Below are positions 51,057-64,000 of a DNA stretch of 64,000 bases, piece after piece. The first letter of the stretch is position 1. Every line of letters starts with the position of its first letter. The notes beneath the pieces were generated by a model, which saw only the letters and a list, made by a program, of their open reading frames with translations, was not told where the DNA came from and ran no database searches. A program made the position numbers and the translations under genes. This stretch comes from Scyliorhinus canicula (lineage: Eukaryota): positions 43,725,382 to 43,789,381 of the forward strand of contig NC_052153.1 in NCBI RefSeq assembly GCF_902713615.1. Reading direction: 5' to 3'.

Positions 51057-51766
51057 CTTGTCTAGAAACTGGAGGAAAATACTGTCCTTCCGGCCCACAG
51101 CCCCTTGTGACACCACAGACATTTTGTTCCAGGCTCCACCCCTACCCCCCCCCCCCCCCCCTCCCCTGCCACTGCAGTGAAAGCGTTTTGCCCTATTTAC
51201 CCAATCAAATCCTTTCATCATTTTAAGCACTTCAATTAGATCAGTCAATCATCTACATTCAAGGGAGTCCAAACCTATACGCAACTTATCCTAATAATTT
51301 AACATTCTAAGTCCCGCTATCATTCTGGTGTCTGCATTCCAAAGATAATATATGGTGGTGGGATGTCCAGACTGAGCATAATATTTCAGATGCTGTACAA
51401 CCAGTGTTTTTACAACTGTATTCTAGACATCTTAGTATAATTCTCATTGTTGTTTGTGAGGACCTTGCTGTTTGCAATTTGGCTGCCTCATTTGCCTACA
51501 TTACAACACTGAATACACATCAATAGTATTTTATTAGCAGTGAAGTATTTTGGGACATCTTGAGTCACGAAAGGCACTACCATAAATGCAAGTCTTTCTT
51601 TCTAATAGATTCTGTCTTAACAAGAGTGTTTATGTCATGATTATAAGTGAAAGGAAGGCCTTGGTTTCCATGCTGAAAAAAATGAAGTTACATTTCCAGA
51701 TCAGTAGCAACAAATGTATCATTTTGAGTTAAACATATTCTCATATGGTGTGAAACCTCACAGATC

Positions 51767-52040
51767 AGTGGTGGTTAGCACTTCACAGCGACAATGTCCC
51801 AGATTCGATTCCTGGCTTGGGTCACTGTCTGTGTCGAGTCTGCACGTTCTCCCCGTGTCTACTCCGGTTTCCTCCCACAAGTCCGGAAAGACGTGCTGTT
51901 AGGTGAATTGGACATTCTGAATTCTCCCTCATTTTCCTCGAACAGGCTCCAGAGTGTGGCGACTAGGGAATTTTCACAGTAACTTCGTTGCAGTGTTAAT
52001 GTAAGCCTACTTGTGACACTAATAAAGATTATTATTATTA
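51767..52040 (+). mobile_element. V-SINE variant with an (ATT)n tail
   Basis: Ends TAATAAAGATTATTATTATTA. Confidence 0.85.
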
Positions 52041-52230
52041 TATTTGCATGCTTTGCCCCGAATTGAACATTTTGCTTTAGTAAACATTCAGTGACTCATA
52101 ACGGTTCTTAGCAATGTTTTGCCAGTTCTTACAAGGGAAAGTCATTTTATCAACATTTTTGAAGAAAATCCCTGAATGGCCTTATATGGAAGTGACAGTC
52201 AGCAACGTTAAGATGTAATGCACATAAATA

Positions 52231-52693
52231 GGCCGGCATTCTCCGAGCCTGCGCCGGGTCAGAGAATTGCCGGGGGGAGGGGGGGCGTGAGAATCCCGCC
52301 ACGCCGCTCTGATGTCGGGCCGCCGATTCTCTGGTCGCCGGAGAATCGGCAGCAATTGCGCCCGCGCGGTCGTTGCGGCACCGGTCGGGGGCTGCTGAAA
52401 TAGGCCCCCGCGGCGATTCTCCATGGGCAACATGCCAAACTCCAGCCAAGTTCCACCGAGTCCCGCCAGCGTGGTTCAAACCTGTACCACCTAGCGGGAG
52501 CCCGGATCCGCGGCCTATGTGGACATCCGGGGTTGGGGGGGGGGGGGGGGGTCCTCCACGGTTTCCAGACCTGCGATCGGAGACTTCAGATCGCGGGCAG
52601 CTGTGATCCGGAGGGGACTTACCTCCTTCCGCATCGGCCTGTTGTTCAGTCTCTGGCGTCAACACTTGGCCAGGATTTCGGAGAATCCCAGCC
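52231..52693. mobile_element. CpG-rich Harbinger-like MITE
   Basis: TIRs GGCCGGCATTCTCC / GGAGAATCCCAGCC with a perfect TSD ATA. Confidence 0.85.
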
Positions 52694-53392
52694 ATAGTCC
52701 TTCATCACATCTGCAGAATTTTCTAAAGCATTTGCTTCGAATTACTTTTGCCTTGCCCTGGTATTATGCGAGTAGCAGCTTGCACAAATGGCAAATAAGT
52801 GTGTTTGTGGTGCTGCTGGCTGGTGGTGGATTGTTGGCTGTGACCCAATGTTGTCCATTGCCATGGGATCTCTACAGTCCCCTGGACCAGTAGGCAGAGG
52901 GACTGGGATTTCCTGCCTGCTCCCTCCCTATGATGTGTTTAGTGGCGGCAGTGTCATTGGCCGCTGGTGGAATTTTCCATTCCCGCCGCTGTCGGCAGGT
53001 TTGCAGCATTCACTAACCCGGAAACACACAGTGGGGACTCACCGCCAGCAAGACTAGATGATCCCGCAGCATAAATGGGCAGAATATTTCAGCCTGAGTG
53101 TTGATTGAACGTATTACCTCCAATCATGCAGCACTCCTGTAATCCTTGCATTGAAGTGCCAGCCTGGATAATATGCCCAGGTCCTGGATGGGGGGCTTGA
53201 AACTCAACTGTCTGACTCAGAAAATGCTAGAGTGTTACTATAATTGAGGCAGGAAATCAGCCATTCTCAATGGTGAACCAGGGATTTCCATTCAACTTTA
53301 ACCTTCTTAGATAAAGCAATGTGATCAAATTGTCTTTCAAAATAATATAAACTGTTCCTTTTTCTAACAAAGTTTTACTAAACCTCTTGTAG

Positions 53393-53536
53393 CCTTGGAA
53401 TGGAACATGATGGTCAAGGAAACCGGTGTGGAGATGAAACTAGCATGGGAAGTGTTATGGCACCTTTGGTCCAAGCTGCATTTCACCGATTTCATTGGTC
53501 TCGGTGCAGCGGGCAAGAGCTCAAACGATATCTTCA
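53393..53536 (+). CDS. ADAMTS3: ADAMTS3-like exon (144 nt, phase 2-2): third zinc-binding His and Met-turn
   Basis: Acceptor ctcttgtag|C, donor CA|gtgagt. Encodes [47 protein letters not shown](H). Confidence 0.95.
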
Positions 53537-53868
53537 GTGAGTACATCAACACGCTTTCAAATCATCGGCCCTGTGTTGCTTGAATTTATTGAAAATTAAT
53601 TCTTCGAGGAAGGTGCTGCAGTGAGACAGGAGGGTACGTCCGCTATTTTAGGTTTGATGCCTGCAATTCCCATTCCAGTTAAAGTATTGTTAAAATAATT
53701 CTGGATCAGTTCCTTTACAGTGTCCCAAACAAATGTAAACAACGTAAGTGGAACAAATGTCTTGCTGTATAATCTGCGAGGTAGCAGCATTATCATTCCC
53801 GTCCAACTAGGTACTCCCTCTATCAAGCCCCAGGTTGCTAGAATGAAGACCCAAGAATGAGATTAGTG

Positions 53869-54062
53869 GGGTGGCACAATGGTTAGCACTGCTGCCTCAC
53901 AGCGCTGAGGTCACAGGTTCGATTCTGGTCCTGGGTCACTGTCCGTGTGGAGTTTGCACATTCTCCTTGTGTCTGCGTGGGTCTTACCTCCACAACCCAA
54001 AGATGTGCAGGGTAGGCGGATTGGTCACGCTAAATTGCCCCATAATTGGAAAAATTAAGAAA
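53869..54062 (+). mobile_element. Short A-tailed V-SINE with a 16-bp TSD
   Basis: AAGAATGAGATTA(G/A)TG at 53853 and 54063. Confidence 0.85.
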
Positions 54063-55416
54063 AAGAATGAGATTAATGAAGGCCTGCTCAAGGTCTTTGA
54101 TTTGGATTTAGAAGCATAGAAAGGCGATATTATTGAGCTTGCACAATACCTTAATTAATATGCAGATTTGGATATTCCATTGTAGAAAGGATATAAAATC
54201 AACAGAACAAGCAAAACACACATTCATCAGGATATTACCAGGAATGTGGGTTTACAGGTAGAGAGACTTGAGGAAGCATTTTTCATTATGGATGGAAGGT
54301 TTAACCATTGGTTCGCCTCATTAGAGCACTGTAGAAAAGACAGAGAGAATGTATAGTGTAGATCCATAAGGGTATTGTCAGTGATGATCAATTATAGTAA
54401 CAAGGAAAAACTTGAAATACTGGGAACATTTTCACTGGAACAGTGAAGGTTAAGATCAGATTTAATGGGGGTTCTTAAAATAACAAAGGGTTTTGCCAAA
54501 GTGGCTAGAGGAAAATTTGGCTGGTGAGTCTGTACTTAAAATACTTTAAGCACTTAAAATTGCCACTGAACAAATGATGAGGGAGGTTATGAAAAAAAAA
54601 TCAGTATATTGTGGGTTTTTAGGAAATAACATTGTGTTTGGATACATTTGAGACATGACAAGTGGTAGCAGTAGCACGTTTGTGAGACAAAGTGACTTTG
54701 AGCTTATGGTTCCTAAATTGCCTGTTCCTGGTGTTTTCCTTGCTTCAGGTCTGGGTTTGTTGCAAACTAATTGATAGAGATTGATTACTATGAATGGTCA
54801 ATAACTTCATTATTATTGTATCATGTGGCTATTCGGACTATAGAGGGCACTAGTATTATTTTGTCTAGCAGTGCACATGTTCCCGATGTCTGCAGTGCGT
54901 TTATGCATGACCAGAGCTTGCAATATTAAGAACATTGTACGTGCAATCTTTTTTGTTCCAGTGCATTTGAGACAAACATAACGAGTGAAACTATAGAGTT
55001 ATGAGTGTTGGCAAAGGCTCGAGTCAATGGGACAGGCAGCTTCCATCACTGCTCGATGCCCCATGTCTATAGTGTTCTCTCCATTGAAAGAGACCAAATA
55101 TGGTCACAAAGTATCAGCAGTGTCCACGCTTGGGCCTGCTTGAACTCAAAGTATGGATTGAGGAAAGGATTTGATAATCCAGTGCTTCCAGATGGGTGAG
55201 CACTGAGAGAGGAATCCTCCTGGAAAACTACGAGTGAGGTACGGTTGCCACTGGAAAAGATTGATCTGGAATCACCCAATTGCTACAGCATCCGCAGTGG
55301 TTTTATTGGACACTTTTATTGGAATAATCTAGAACGTTTGAATACTTGGGGGGGGGGGGGGGGAAGATTCCAGTGAATTGATCAGAGATTCCATCTGCTT
55401 TTTGTTCTTCCTATAG

Positions 55417-55549
55417 TTCCTATGACTGTCTCCTGGATGACCCATTTGAACATGATTGGCCCAAACTTCCAGAACTGCCAGGGATAAACTATTCAATGGA
55501 CGAACAATGCCGCTTTGATTTTGGCGTGGGCTACAAGATGTGCACAGCT
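55417..55549 (+). CDS. ADAMTS3: ADAMTS3-like exon (133 nt, phase 2-0): end of catalytic domain, start of disintegrin-like domain
   Basis: Acceptor ttcttcctatag|T, donor GCT|gtatgt. Encodes [44 protein letters not shown]. Confidence 0.95.
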
Positions 55550-57488
55550 GTATGTTTTGCCATTTTAATCACCTGACAACTGTGAAAGAGATGGGTTGAA
55601 GTAACTCTGAAATGTGAGATCAGGCAGTTAGCAATAAACATTGTAGATTGGAGATGGAACTCTTTCATGGTCAACTGCATCATGTGGTGTGAGAATAAGT
55701 TTCAAGTTTGACTCATTGTTATATGCTAAATCATCTGACCTTATCTGGCTTTGCCGTTTGGGCACATCCATCGACCTCAGTGCCTTGGGGAAAAAGTCAA
55801 TGGTGGGTGCCTACCTCAGATTGACAGGAAGTGCCTTGATCTGGATGTTGGGCAAGGACAGGGTCAGACCTGATTCTAATGCCTCCTCTGATTAAGCCCT
55901 GGCCAACACTCACAGCTCAGCTTTCAGATGAAGAATGGCTATTTCATCGAGGCACCGCAGGGCTATTTGTCTGCAGGTGTCTGTTCTGGCAAGAGCCACT
56001 GTTGACATGAGATGGCGAGGGGGAAAAGGAACAAAAATAACGAGGCTGAACACTCAGGCCTGGTCAAATACGTCAGTGTTTCCTTTACAGTTCAAATCAA
56101 CATTTCAGGGTAAATTCTGCAAGGCTGCGGTCCACAGCAATGGCGATCGAGTTTGTTCCACGCAACAAGCATTATTCAGTAAAGTGTAAATACAGTGATG
56201 GAACTCTCCCAGTGATTGGTGAACATTCGGGTTAGGGGACGGTGTGTAAGTTGGGGTGGAATTCGCACCAAACACTGGCTACGATTTAGAGAGTCCCGTT
56301 CTGGACGGGATTAGCAGTACTTGTAGAGGTGGGAATGACCCCGCTATCAAACGACACTCTGTTATTTTAGTTGGTTATTTTAGTGGGGGGTGCCCTGCCG
56401 AGGCTGCTGTCAGTCGCATTTCCTGCACTGAGGAGCTCGCTCGCCAGGGAGAGCATGGCGACCGGATCTCTCGACCACCGATACAACTCCCGGACGCTGC
56501 CAATGCCTCAACTCACCTGTTGGAGGGCCCTCGAGCTCCTCCCCACATATGGGCAGGGCACCCCTGAGCCCAATCCCCGCATAGGCAAATTGCTACCTGG
56601 GCACCTTGGCGCTGCCAGCCTGGCACCCTGGCAGTGCCCTTCCAGCCTGGCATTCAGAGAGGTCAGGAGGCTGAAACTGATGCTGGATAATTCATTTTTC
56701 CAGTAGAGATGACTTCCACGATGAGATGGGCGCAAAGAGGTTAATTAATCTTGTAGGCGATGCTACAGAGGTTCCAGGAGAGAAAGCATAGGTGGTGTTA
56801 GATATTCAAACCTGAACAGAGTCCTTTTCCTCAGAGGCTGATTGGTTGATGGAAGACGGTAGACTGAATTTTAAGCTTCACAGGCTACACCAGTTTGGGG
56901 TGGGGGTGGGGGGGGAAATCATGTGATTAACACCTCTCCAATTTGGCTTCGAAAAAGGATGTATATAGCTTAGTCTGGACTCTTGAGATTGTTAATGTTT
57001 CAAAATCATTAAGAATTTCAAAAAATGTTTTAGGGTCCTTTGGCCTAGCAGGTAGGTAGTTTCCTTTGGCTCTGCCTGGTCTAAGAAACATAAATGGCCT
57101 TTGTATAATGTAAGTTGGCCTTCTACAACTCATCAGGCATTAGTGCCCCTTCAGAGATAAAGATGTGTCAGCTTCTCTGAGTGCGAAGGATCCTTTTGTT
57201 TGAGTCATAGCCAGCCATAGCTTCAGTCATTTTAAAGACTTTGTCCAGTTTTTAAAATGTTGTAAATTAACCATGATAATATATTTATTTTATAAAAATA
57301 TAAAGTAAGTTCTTAGCCACGCCTCTCACCGACACCAAGCACTTGTGTGCCGCAAATGTTAGTTGCCAGTCATCAGCCCCAGCTATTGAGTAGAAATTCA
57401 GGCACGGAGGGCCTAAGACCTTTTATGAAAGTATTGTCTTGTGTCAGATCACCCATATAATCTGAACATAAACTCAACAGGGCCAGAA

Positions 57489-58131
57489 ATGGGTGACATG
57501 GTAGCACAGTGGTTAGCATTGTTGCTTCATAGCACCGGGGTCCCCAGTTCGATTCCCGGCTTGGGTCACTGTCTGAGTGGAGTCTGCACATTCTCCCTGT
57601 GTCTGTGTGGGTTTCCCCCGGGTGCTCCAGTTTCATAACGTAGAACATTGAACGGTACAGCACAGTACAGGTCCTTCAGCCCGTGATGTTGTGCCGACCA
57701 TTTATCCTAATCTAAGATCAACCTGACCTACACCCCTTCAATTTTCTGCTGTCCATGTGCCTGTCCAAGACTCACTTAAATGTCCCTCATGACTCTGACT
57801 CCACCACCTTCGCTGGCAGTACATTCCACGCACCCACCACTATCTGTGTAAAGAACCTACCTCTGACATCTCCCCTATACCTTCCTCCAATCACCTTAAA
57901 ATTATGTTCCTCGTGACAGCCATTTCCGCCCTGGGGAAAAGTCTCTGGCTATCCATTCTATCCATGCCTTCCACAAGTCTCGAAAGACGTGCTGTTAGGT
58001 AATTTGGACATTTTGAATTCTCCCTCAGTGTACCTGAACAGGCGCCAGAATGTGGCGACTGGGGGCTTTTCACAGAAACTTCATTGCAGTGTTAATGCAA
58101 GCCTACTTATGACAATAAAGATTATTATTAT
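57489..58131 (+). mobile_element. V-SINE split by an antisense CR1 3' fragment (~57636-57968)
   Basis: The SINE head stops in the V-domain and resumes at CCACAAGTCTCGAAAGAC. Confidence 0.8.
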
Positions 58132-59149
58132 TCGTAAAATAGAGACATGCAGATATATAAACTGAACCAAATTGTCATAACCTATACCCGGCAGCATTTA
58201 CGGGGTTGGGGCGATTGTATTCCCAGGGCCCTTTGCAGAATATGTGCTTCTAAGGGAGTGGGGTCATTTCAATCTTCCTGTATAACTGCTTCAATCACTT
58301 TCTGTAATACACACCTAGTTGGGTGTGGCTGGGAACCGCGTATCTGAAGCTTTGGAATGAACCTATCATTTTTTGCTCAACTCGGTGTGGATTCCCCTCT
58401 TTGTATGTACAAAACAAATATTACTTACTTCCATTATGCCCTGCAAATGTAAAGGCAGCTCACCATCACCTTCTCAAGGACAATTAGGTGTGGGCATTAA
58501 ATGCTGGCGAGCCAGTAACACCCACATCCAATGAACAAATATATAAAAAAGACATCCAGTAATGAGGGTGCTTTAGATAGATCTTGTGCGACCATGACGA
58601 TGTTGTCACACTGTGGTGTACCAGTAGATATTGTATAAATTATCCATCTTATTTGCATACTATGTGTTTATGAAAGTTCACGGAGCCAGCACTCACAGCA
58701 GGGAGTGGTGCCTATTTTACTTAGCAACCTTAATGTCAAGAGAAGTAAGTTGTCAAAGATACATATGGTAATTTTGTGAAGCAGATATCCCAAAATGAAA
58801 GAGCATAAGTTATTGCATCAATCCTGTAATGTTATACCCATATCTACACCAAGTTGCTAATATGGAGGTTAGCTAGACAGGAGCATGTATCAAAAAATCA
58901 GTCCAACAATGATTGTAGCCCTATCTCCACTCTACTCCCAACATTGAGCCTCACTAGATCAAAGCACTTATCACAGAAACAGCCCTGCAGTATTAATACC
59001 CTATCTCTACTCTAATCTTTTTTTTTTCCAATTAAGGGCTAATTTTAGCGTGCCCAATCCATCTCCCCTCCACATTCATATGGCCATGTATTGTTTGACT
59101 AACAAAGTCCTGACCTACGAATTTCCTCAATGGAATGAGGCACCTATAA

Positions 59150-59428
<279 letters not shown>

Positions 59429-59495
59429 TGAAACGCTTACTTGTTTTGGACAAAATTAATGATATGCATTTTAAGTAATGGCATGTTATACACCT

Positions 59496-60123
59496 GGGCC
59501 GGGACTCTCCCCTACCCGGCGGGGCGGGGGGTCCCAGAGTGTCGGAGTGGCGTGAACCACTCTGGCATCGGGCCGCCCCAAATGTGCGGAACCACACCTT
59601 TAGGGGCCAAGCCCTCATATTGAGGGGCTAGGCCCGCGCCGGAGTGGTTCCCACTCCGCCGGTTGGCGTGAACAGCCTTTGGCGCCATGCCAGCCGGGGC
59701 CGGAAGGACTTCACCGGCCGGCGTAAGTCCGCGCATGCGCCGGTGCATCAGCGGCTGCTGACGTCATACGCAGGGGAGGGGGTCTCTTCCGCCTCCGCCA
59801 TGGTGAAGGCCATGGCGGAGGCGGAAGAAAAAGAGTACCCCCAAGGCACAGGCCAGCCCACCCCCCGGGCCTACATTCCGCCGCGGCCGGCTCCTGAACA
59901 TCCATGCCATGTTGCGTCGGGGCCGACGCGCGTAAGAAATTCCCCATGCATGCACAGGATTGAGCTGTCCCAACTGCGCATGCGCGGGTTGGCGCGACGC
60001 TACAGAGGCTGGAGTGGCGTGAACCGCTCCAGCACTGTGCTGGCATAGGACGTGCCCGGACCCTGTTCACGCCATCGTGAAACGCGACGGCGCACACTTG
60101 GCCGCCATATCGGAGAATCGCCC
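59496..60123. mobile_element. CpG-rich Harbinger-like MITE filling most of the 998-nt intron
   Basis: TIRs GGGCCGGGACTCTCC / GGAGAATCGCCC; internal homology to 41144-41787. Confidence 0.8.
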
Positions 60124-60414
60124 CATGATGTCAGGGTAAGCTATTTTTCTATGATCTCTTTTGTCAATGGCTCAATATTTATTTTGAGGAAATAATGTGC
60201 AAGGAGATGCTGTTAATGCAAAAATGCACTGTGACAACACATCAATAATGTGGTAATGTGATTCCAATATAACAATGCATTGAGTGTGTAATAGTGGATA
60301 ATTCAATAATTCGGTGTAATAAAGTGCAGTGCACTAATAACCTGCCAATAAACATGATTAGACTTTCAATGAGAAGGAATGAACTCATAACTTGTCTTAT
60401 ATTTGAATTATCAG

Positions 60415-60560
60415 TGGTGCTACCAGGGTCATTGTTTGTGGAAGACTTCAGAGCAGTTAAGGCTGGATGGCAACTGGGGATCATGGAGCAAACTTGGGTC
60501 CTGTTCTCGAACCTGTGGTTCTGGTGTCCGATTTAGAACTCGACAGTGCAATAACCCAAC
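60415..60560 (+). CDS. ADAMTS3: ADAMTS3-like exon (146 nt, phase 0-2): first thrombospondin type 1 repeat
   Basis: Acceptor gaattatcag|TGG, donor AC|gtaagt. Encodes [48 protein letters not shown] (WxxW..CSRTCG TSR motif). Absent from the ORF track. Confidence 0.94.
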
Positions 60561-61295
60561 GTAAGTGGCTTCTACAGTGATGGATGTTTTTGTTAGGAAC
60601 ATCACCAATAATGAATCAAGTGATTTTCTTCAAAAACATGCTTTTCCCAACACGATTAAGTAATTGCTGAGAAATGTCATGTTGTGACAGCTTTGATATG
60701 AGGCGGGTGAAATCAACTTATCACAGTAGCATAGAGCTGCTAAAAATGAATTGGCAGCCCAATTTATACCGTGCCTGATTTTCCATTTACTTCAGTGGAA
60801 AAGAATGTTTGACAGGCTGCTGACTCGCTTTCAGCTGGATTTGCAATCGTGGCCTTGACCAATTCCTCTCGCCAGTAACCTAAACTAACCCTTTTATCTC
60901 TGATTGAAGGCATGGTAAATGAATGCGAATACATAGAAATCAACAGTACCAGTAGAAAGAAAATAGTCCATGAGATTGAGGAGGATTTCTGAGGCGGAAT
61001 TCGCAGAGCCTTCTCTCCAAGGGGAGCACGTTTCAGAGACGGTGCTGTCAGTGTAATAATGTGCACTGTAATAATGCAATGTTGTTGATTCATACTCACT
61101 TGTAGGGTCCCATTGTAATTTTGAGCGAGAAACAAATCCATTCATACAAAGAGAAAGGTCGCATAGCTACGAAGAAGAGCAAGGAAAGTCCAGACTAATT
61201 GGATAGCTCTTTCAAAGACACAGCAGAGATACGATGGGCCGGAAAGCCTTCTCATATGTTGCATGATTCCATGGTTGCTTGGTCATGTGAAATTC

Positions 61296-61524
61296 TTTTT
61301 TTTAAATTTAGAGTACCCAAATCTTTGTTTCCAATTAAGGAGCAATTTAACGTGGCCAATTCACCTGTCCTGCACATCATTGGGTTGTGGGGGTGAGATC
61401 CACGCAGACACAGGGAGAATGTGCAAACTCCACACAGACAGTGACCCGGGGCCGGGATAGAACTCGGGTCCTCGGCACCATGAGACAGCAGTGCTAACCA
61501 CTGTGCCACCGTGCTACCCTTGCA
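61296..61524 (-). mobile_element. Short A-tailed V-SINE with an 11-bp TSD
   Basis: ATGTGAAATTC at 61285 and 61525. Confidence 0.85.
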
Positions 61525-61573
61525 ATGTGAAATTCAGCAAGATATGCCATAGTTTATTAGTTAACTACTTCAG

Positions 61574-61799
61574 GGGCAGCACGGTGGTGCAGTAGTTAGC
61601 ACTGCTGCCTCATGACACCGAGGTCCTAGGTTCGATCCGGGCTCTGCATCACTATCTGTGTGGAGCTTGCACATTCTCCCCGTGTTTGCATGGGTTTCAC
61701 CCCCATAACCCAAAGATGTGCAGGGTAGGTAGATTGGCCACACTAAATTGCCCCTTAATTGGAAAAAATGAATTGGGTACTCTAAAATTTATTTTAAAA
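61574..61799 (+). mobile_element. Short A-tailed V-SINE with a 15-bp TSD
   Basis: AGTTAACTACTTCAG at 61559-61573 and 61800-61814. Confidence 0.9.
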
Positions 61800-61829
61800 A
61801 GTTAACTACTTCAGTCCATTCAAAAGACA

Positions 61830-62143
61830 CATGGTGCTCAACACTGCTGCCTCACAGTGCCAGGGATCCGGGTTCAATTCCTGCCTTAGATGACTGTGTG
61901 GAGTTTGCACTTCCTCCTGTGTCTGCGTGGGTTTCCTCTGTGTGCTCCGGCTTCCTCCCACAGTCCAAAGTTGTGCAGGTTAGGTGGATTGGTCATGATA
62001 AATTGCCCCTTAGTGTCCAAAAGGTTAGGTAGGGTTGCTGGGTTACGGGGATAGTGTGCTCTATCTAAGGGCTGGTGCAGACTTGATCGGCCGAATGGCC
62101 TCCTTCTGCACTGTAAATTCTATGATTCTATACTTCTATGATT
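61830..62143 (+). mobile_element. HE1-type V-SINE
   Basis: CR1 tail ending TTCTATGATTCTATACTTCTATGATT. Confidence 0.85.
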
Positions 62144-62387
62144 CAAAACATCCTATAACCTGATATTGGTTCAATTCCCAGCATACATTGATCAGCCAAT
62201 CTCACCAGGGACTGTGATAAGATCGTGCAATTGGTGTTAGCATCACTGACTAGGGTGAGCAGTAATTCATGCTCAAGAAGAACATTTAGGGAAAGAGTTA
62301 GGGGATGAAGCCAAAGATACATTCCAAAAAGAGTCTTATTTGAATGTTCTTTCAAATCAGGGAGGCAGATGGGAATGCAGACACAAT

Positions 62388-62525
62388 GGATGGGATTCTC
62401 CGTCTGGTCAGGGCAGTGGGGTTCTCCGCTCCCGCTGCAGTGAATGGGAGATCTGGCTGAGCGCCAAATTCTCCGTCCTTGCTGGCAGTGGCATCGGAGC
62501 AGATTTGCAACGGAGAATTCCGGCC
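62388..62525. mobile_element. Short Harbinger-like MITE
   Basis: TIRs GGATGGGATTCTCC / GGAGAATTCCGGCC with a perfect TSD AAT. Confidence 0.8.
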
Positions 62526-63626
62526 AATTCTATGGGTCGGGTGGAATTTGTGTTGGAGAGACTTCACAACAGAGAATTGTGAGGCAAGGAACAACTGCTA
62601 TAATAGTGACAAGGTGTTGTAGGATTCAATTTTAATTGTGGGACTGAACATTTTGAAGGTTGACAAATGACTACCTCAGATACCCATTTCATTTAATTGC
62701 AGATAGAATCCAGTTGACTTTGACTGAATTGTGTCGGGCAGAATAATGACATTAAATTGCAGAATAGACTATTTGGCTCTTTGATCCTGCGTCATCATTC
62801 AGTAAGATCATAGTTGGTCTTCTACCTTAATTTCACCTTCTGTACTGTCCCCTAAATTCCTTTAGTAAATAAAAATCTTATCAATCTATTTTTACATTTA
62901 GAGTAGTCAACTATTTTTTTTTCAATTAAGGGGCAATTTAGCTTGGCCAATCCACTTAACCACTGTGCCATGTGCCGCCTGTTTTAATCTGTCTTACATA
63001 CACTTAACAACTGAACATTTAGAAATCTATAAGGTAGAGAATTCTGAAGATTCACAACCGTTTGGGCCGAATTCTCCTGTTTTGAGACTCAGCGCGATGG
63101 CAGGTGGCTCTGAAAGCACTTGTTCTGTTGAGCAGAGTGGTGGGACCCGCACCAGATTCTGCGCTTGCAACCTCATCGATTATGCATAAGAGAGTTTCCC
63201 TCTGACTCTCCTGGCCGGCCAGCAGCTGATCCATCCCACTGCCGTCAGCTGAGGGTTTGAAGGTGCCGGTGTCATATTTCAATACTAGACGAGCACACTC
63301 ATATCACTTTGCCCAGCTCACCTGTCTTCACCGGACCGCACAAGATGTCAGCAACCTATAGTGAAAAAGCTAACAGCCTCAAGAAGAAGTCTGTTCCTCA
63401 ATTCAACCATTTCAACCCCCTCCCCCTCCCGAGTCCATCACCTGCAAGTGTCTTCACTTCACTTGGATCTCTACCCAATGCATCTGGAGTCTTCCAGTTC
63501 CATCCCGTTCCAGTAAACAATGTGTTGTCCCTTTGACCCCCTTGTTTGCAAGCTTTCCATGCAGTCATGTCGGGGTCCAGCTTCCCTCTCCTTGGTCTTC
63601 CCTCTGCCTTTCATTATACCACTTCT

Positions 63627-63962
63627 TCATAGAATTTACAGTGCAGAAGGAGGCCATTTGGCCCATCGAGTCTGCACCGGACCTTACCTGAGCACCCTAC
63701 CCAAGTCCATACCTCCACCCTATCCCATAACCCAGTAACCCCACCTAACCTTTTTTTTGGACCCAAGAGCAATTTAGCATGACCAATCCATCTAACAGCA
63801 CATCATCCTTTGGACTGTGGGAGGAAACCGGAGCACCCGGAGGAAACCCACGCAGACATGGGAGAACGTGCAAAATATGCACAGTGACCTAAGCCGGCAA
63901 TTGAACCTGGGACCCTGGCACTGTGATGTGACAGTGCTAACCACTGTGCTACCGTGCTGCCC
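63627..63962 (-). mobile_element. HE1-type V-SINE nested in a DNA-transposon-like element
   Basis: Full-length homolog of 48-387. Confidence 0.88.
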
Positions 63963-64000
63963 TGCATCTTCTTCATCGACCCCTTTGCCCCTCTGCCTGC

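Noticed and set aside
54834-54852. Second CTCF-like motif (ACTATAGAGGGCACT)
   Set aside because: Several mismatches in the 5' core; too weak to call.

Overview
Vertebrate genomic DNA from an elasmobranch, most likely a shark, judged from abundant HE1-type V-SINEs, Deu-domain SINEs and CR1/HER1-like LINEs. The window lies inside one + strand gene, a procollagen N-proteinase ADAMTS that best matches ADAMTS3. Eight GT-AG exons splice in frame into 1084 nt (~361 aa): 7370-7569, 38305-38388, 40366-40522, 44788-44893, 53393-53536, 55417-55549, 59303-59416 and 60415-60560. They cover the prodomain end with a furin site (RQRR/HA), the whole zinc metalloprotease domain (HETGHVLGMEHD, Met-turn), the disintegrin-like domain and the start of TSR1. 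The 5' and 3' exons lie outside the window. The introns are mostly nested transposon relics: CR1, RTE-like, L1 and Tx1-like LINEs, several SINE subfamilies, GC-rich MITEs with ~14-bp TIRs and 3-bp TSDs, two solo LTRs, and a fragmented antisense hAT/Tip100-type transposase gene (15828-19161). Nearly all ORFs in the supplied track are spurious or repeat-derived. I found no evidence of a wholly new biological system. The best leads are: a short V-SINE subfamily whose copies carry L1-like 11-17 bp TSDs; inverted SINE pairs around catalytic exons; CpG/NRF1-motif-rich MITEs; and the reconstructable hAT relic. Exon boundaries are exact. Repeat boundaries are approximate unless a TSD or TIR is quoted. 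Family names and human sequence comparisons are from recall, not from a database search.
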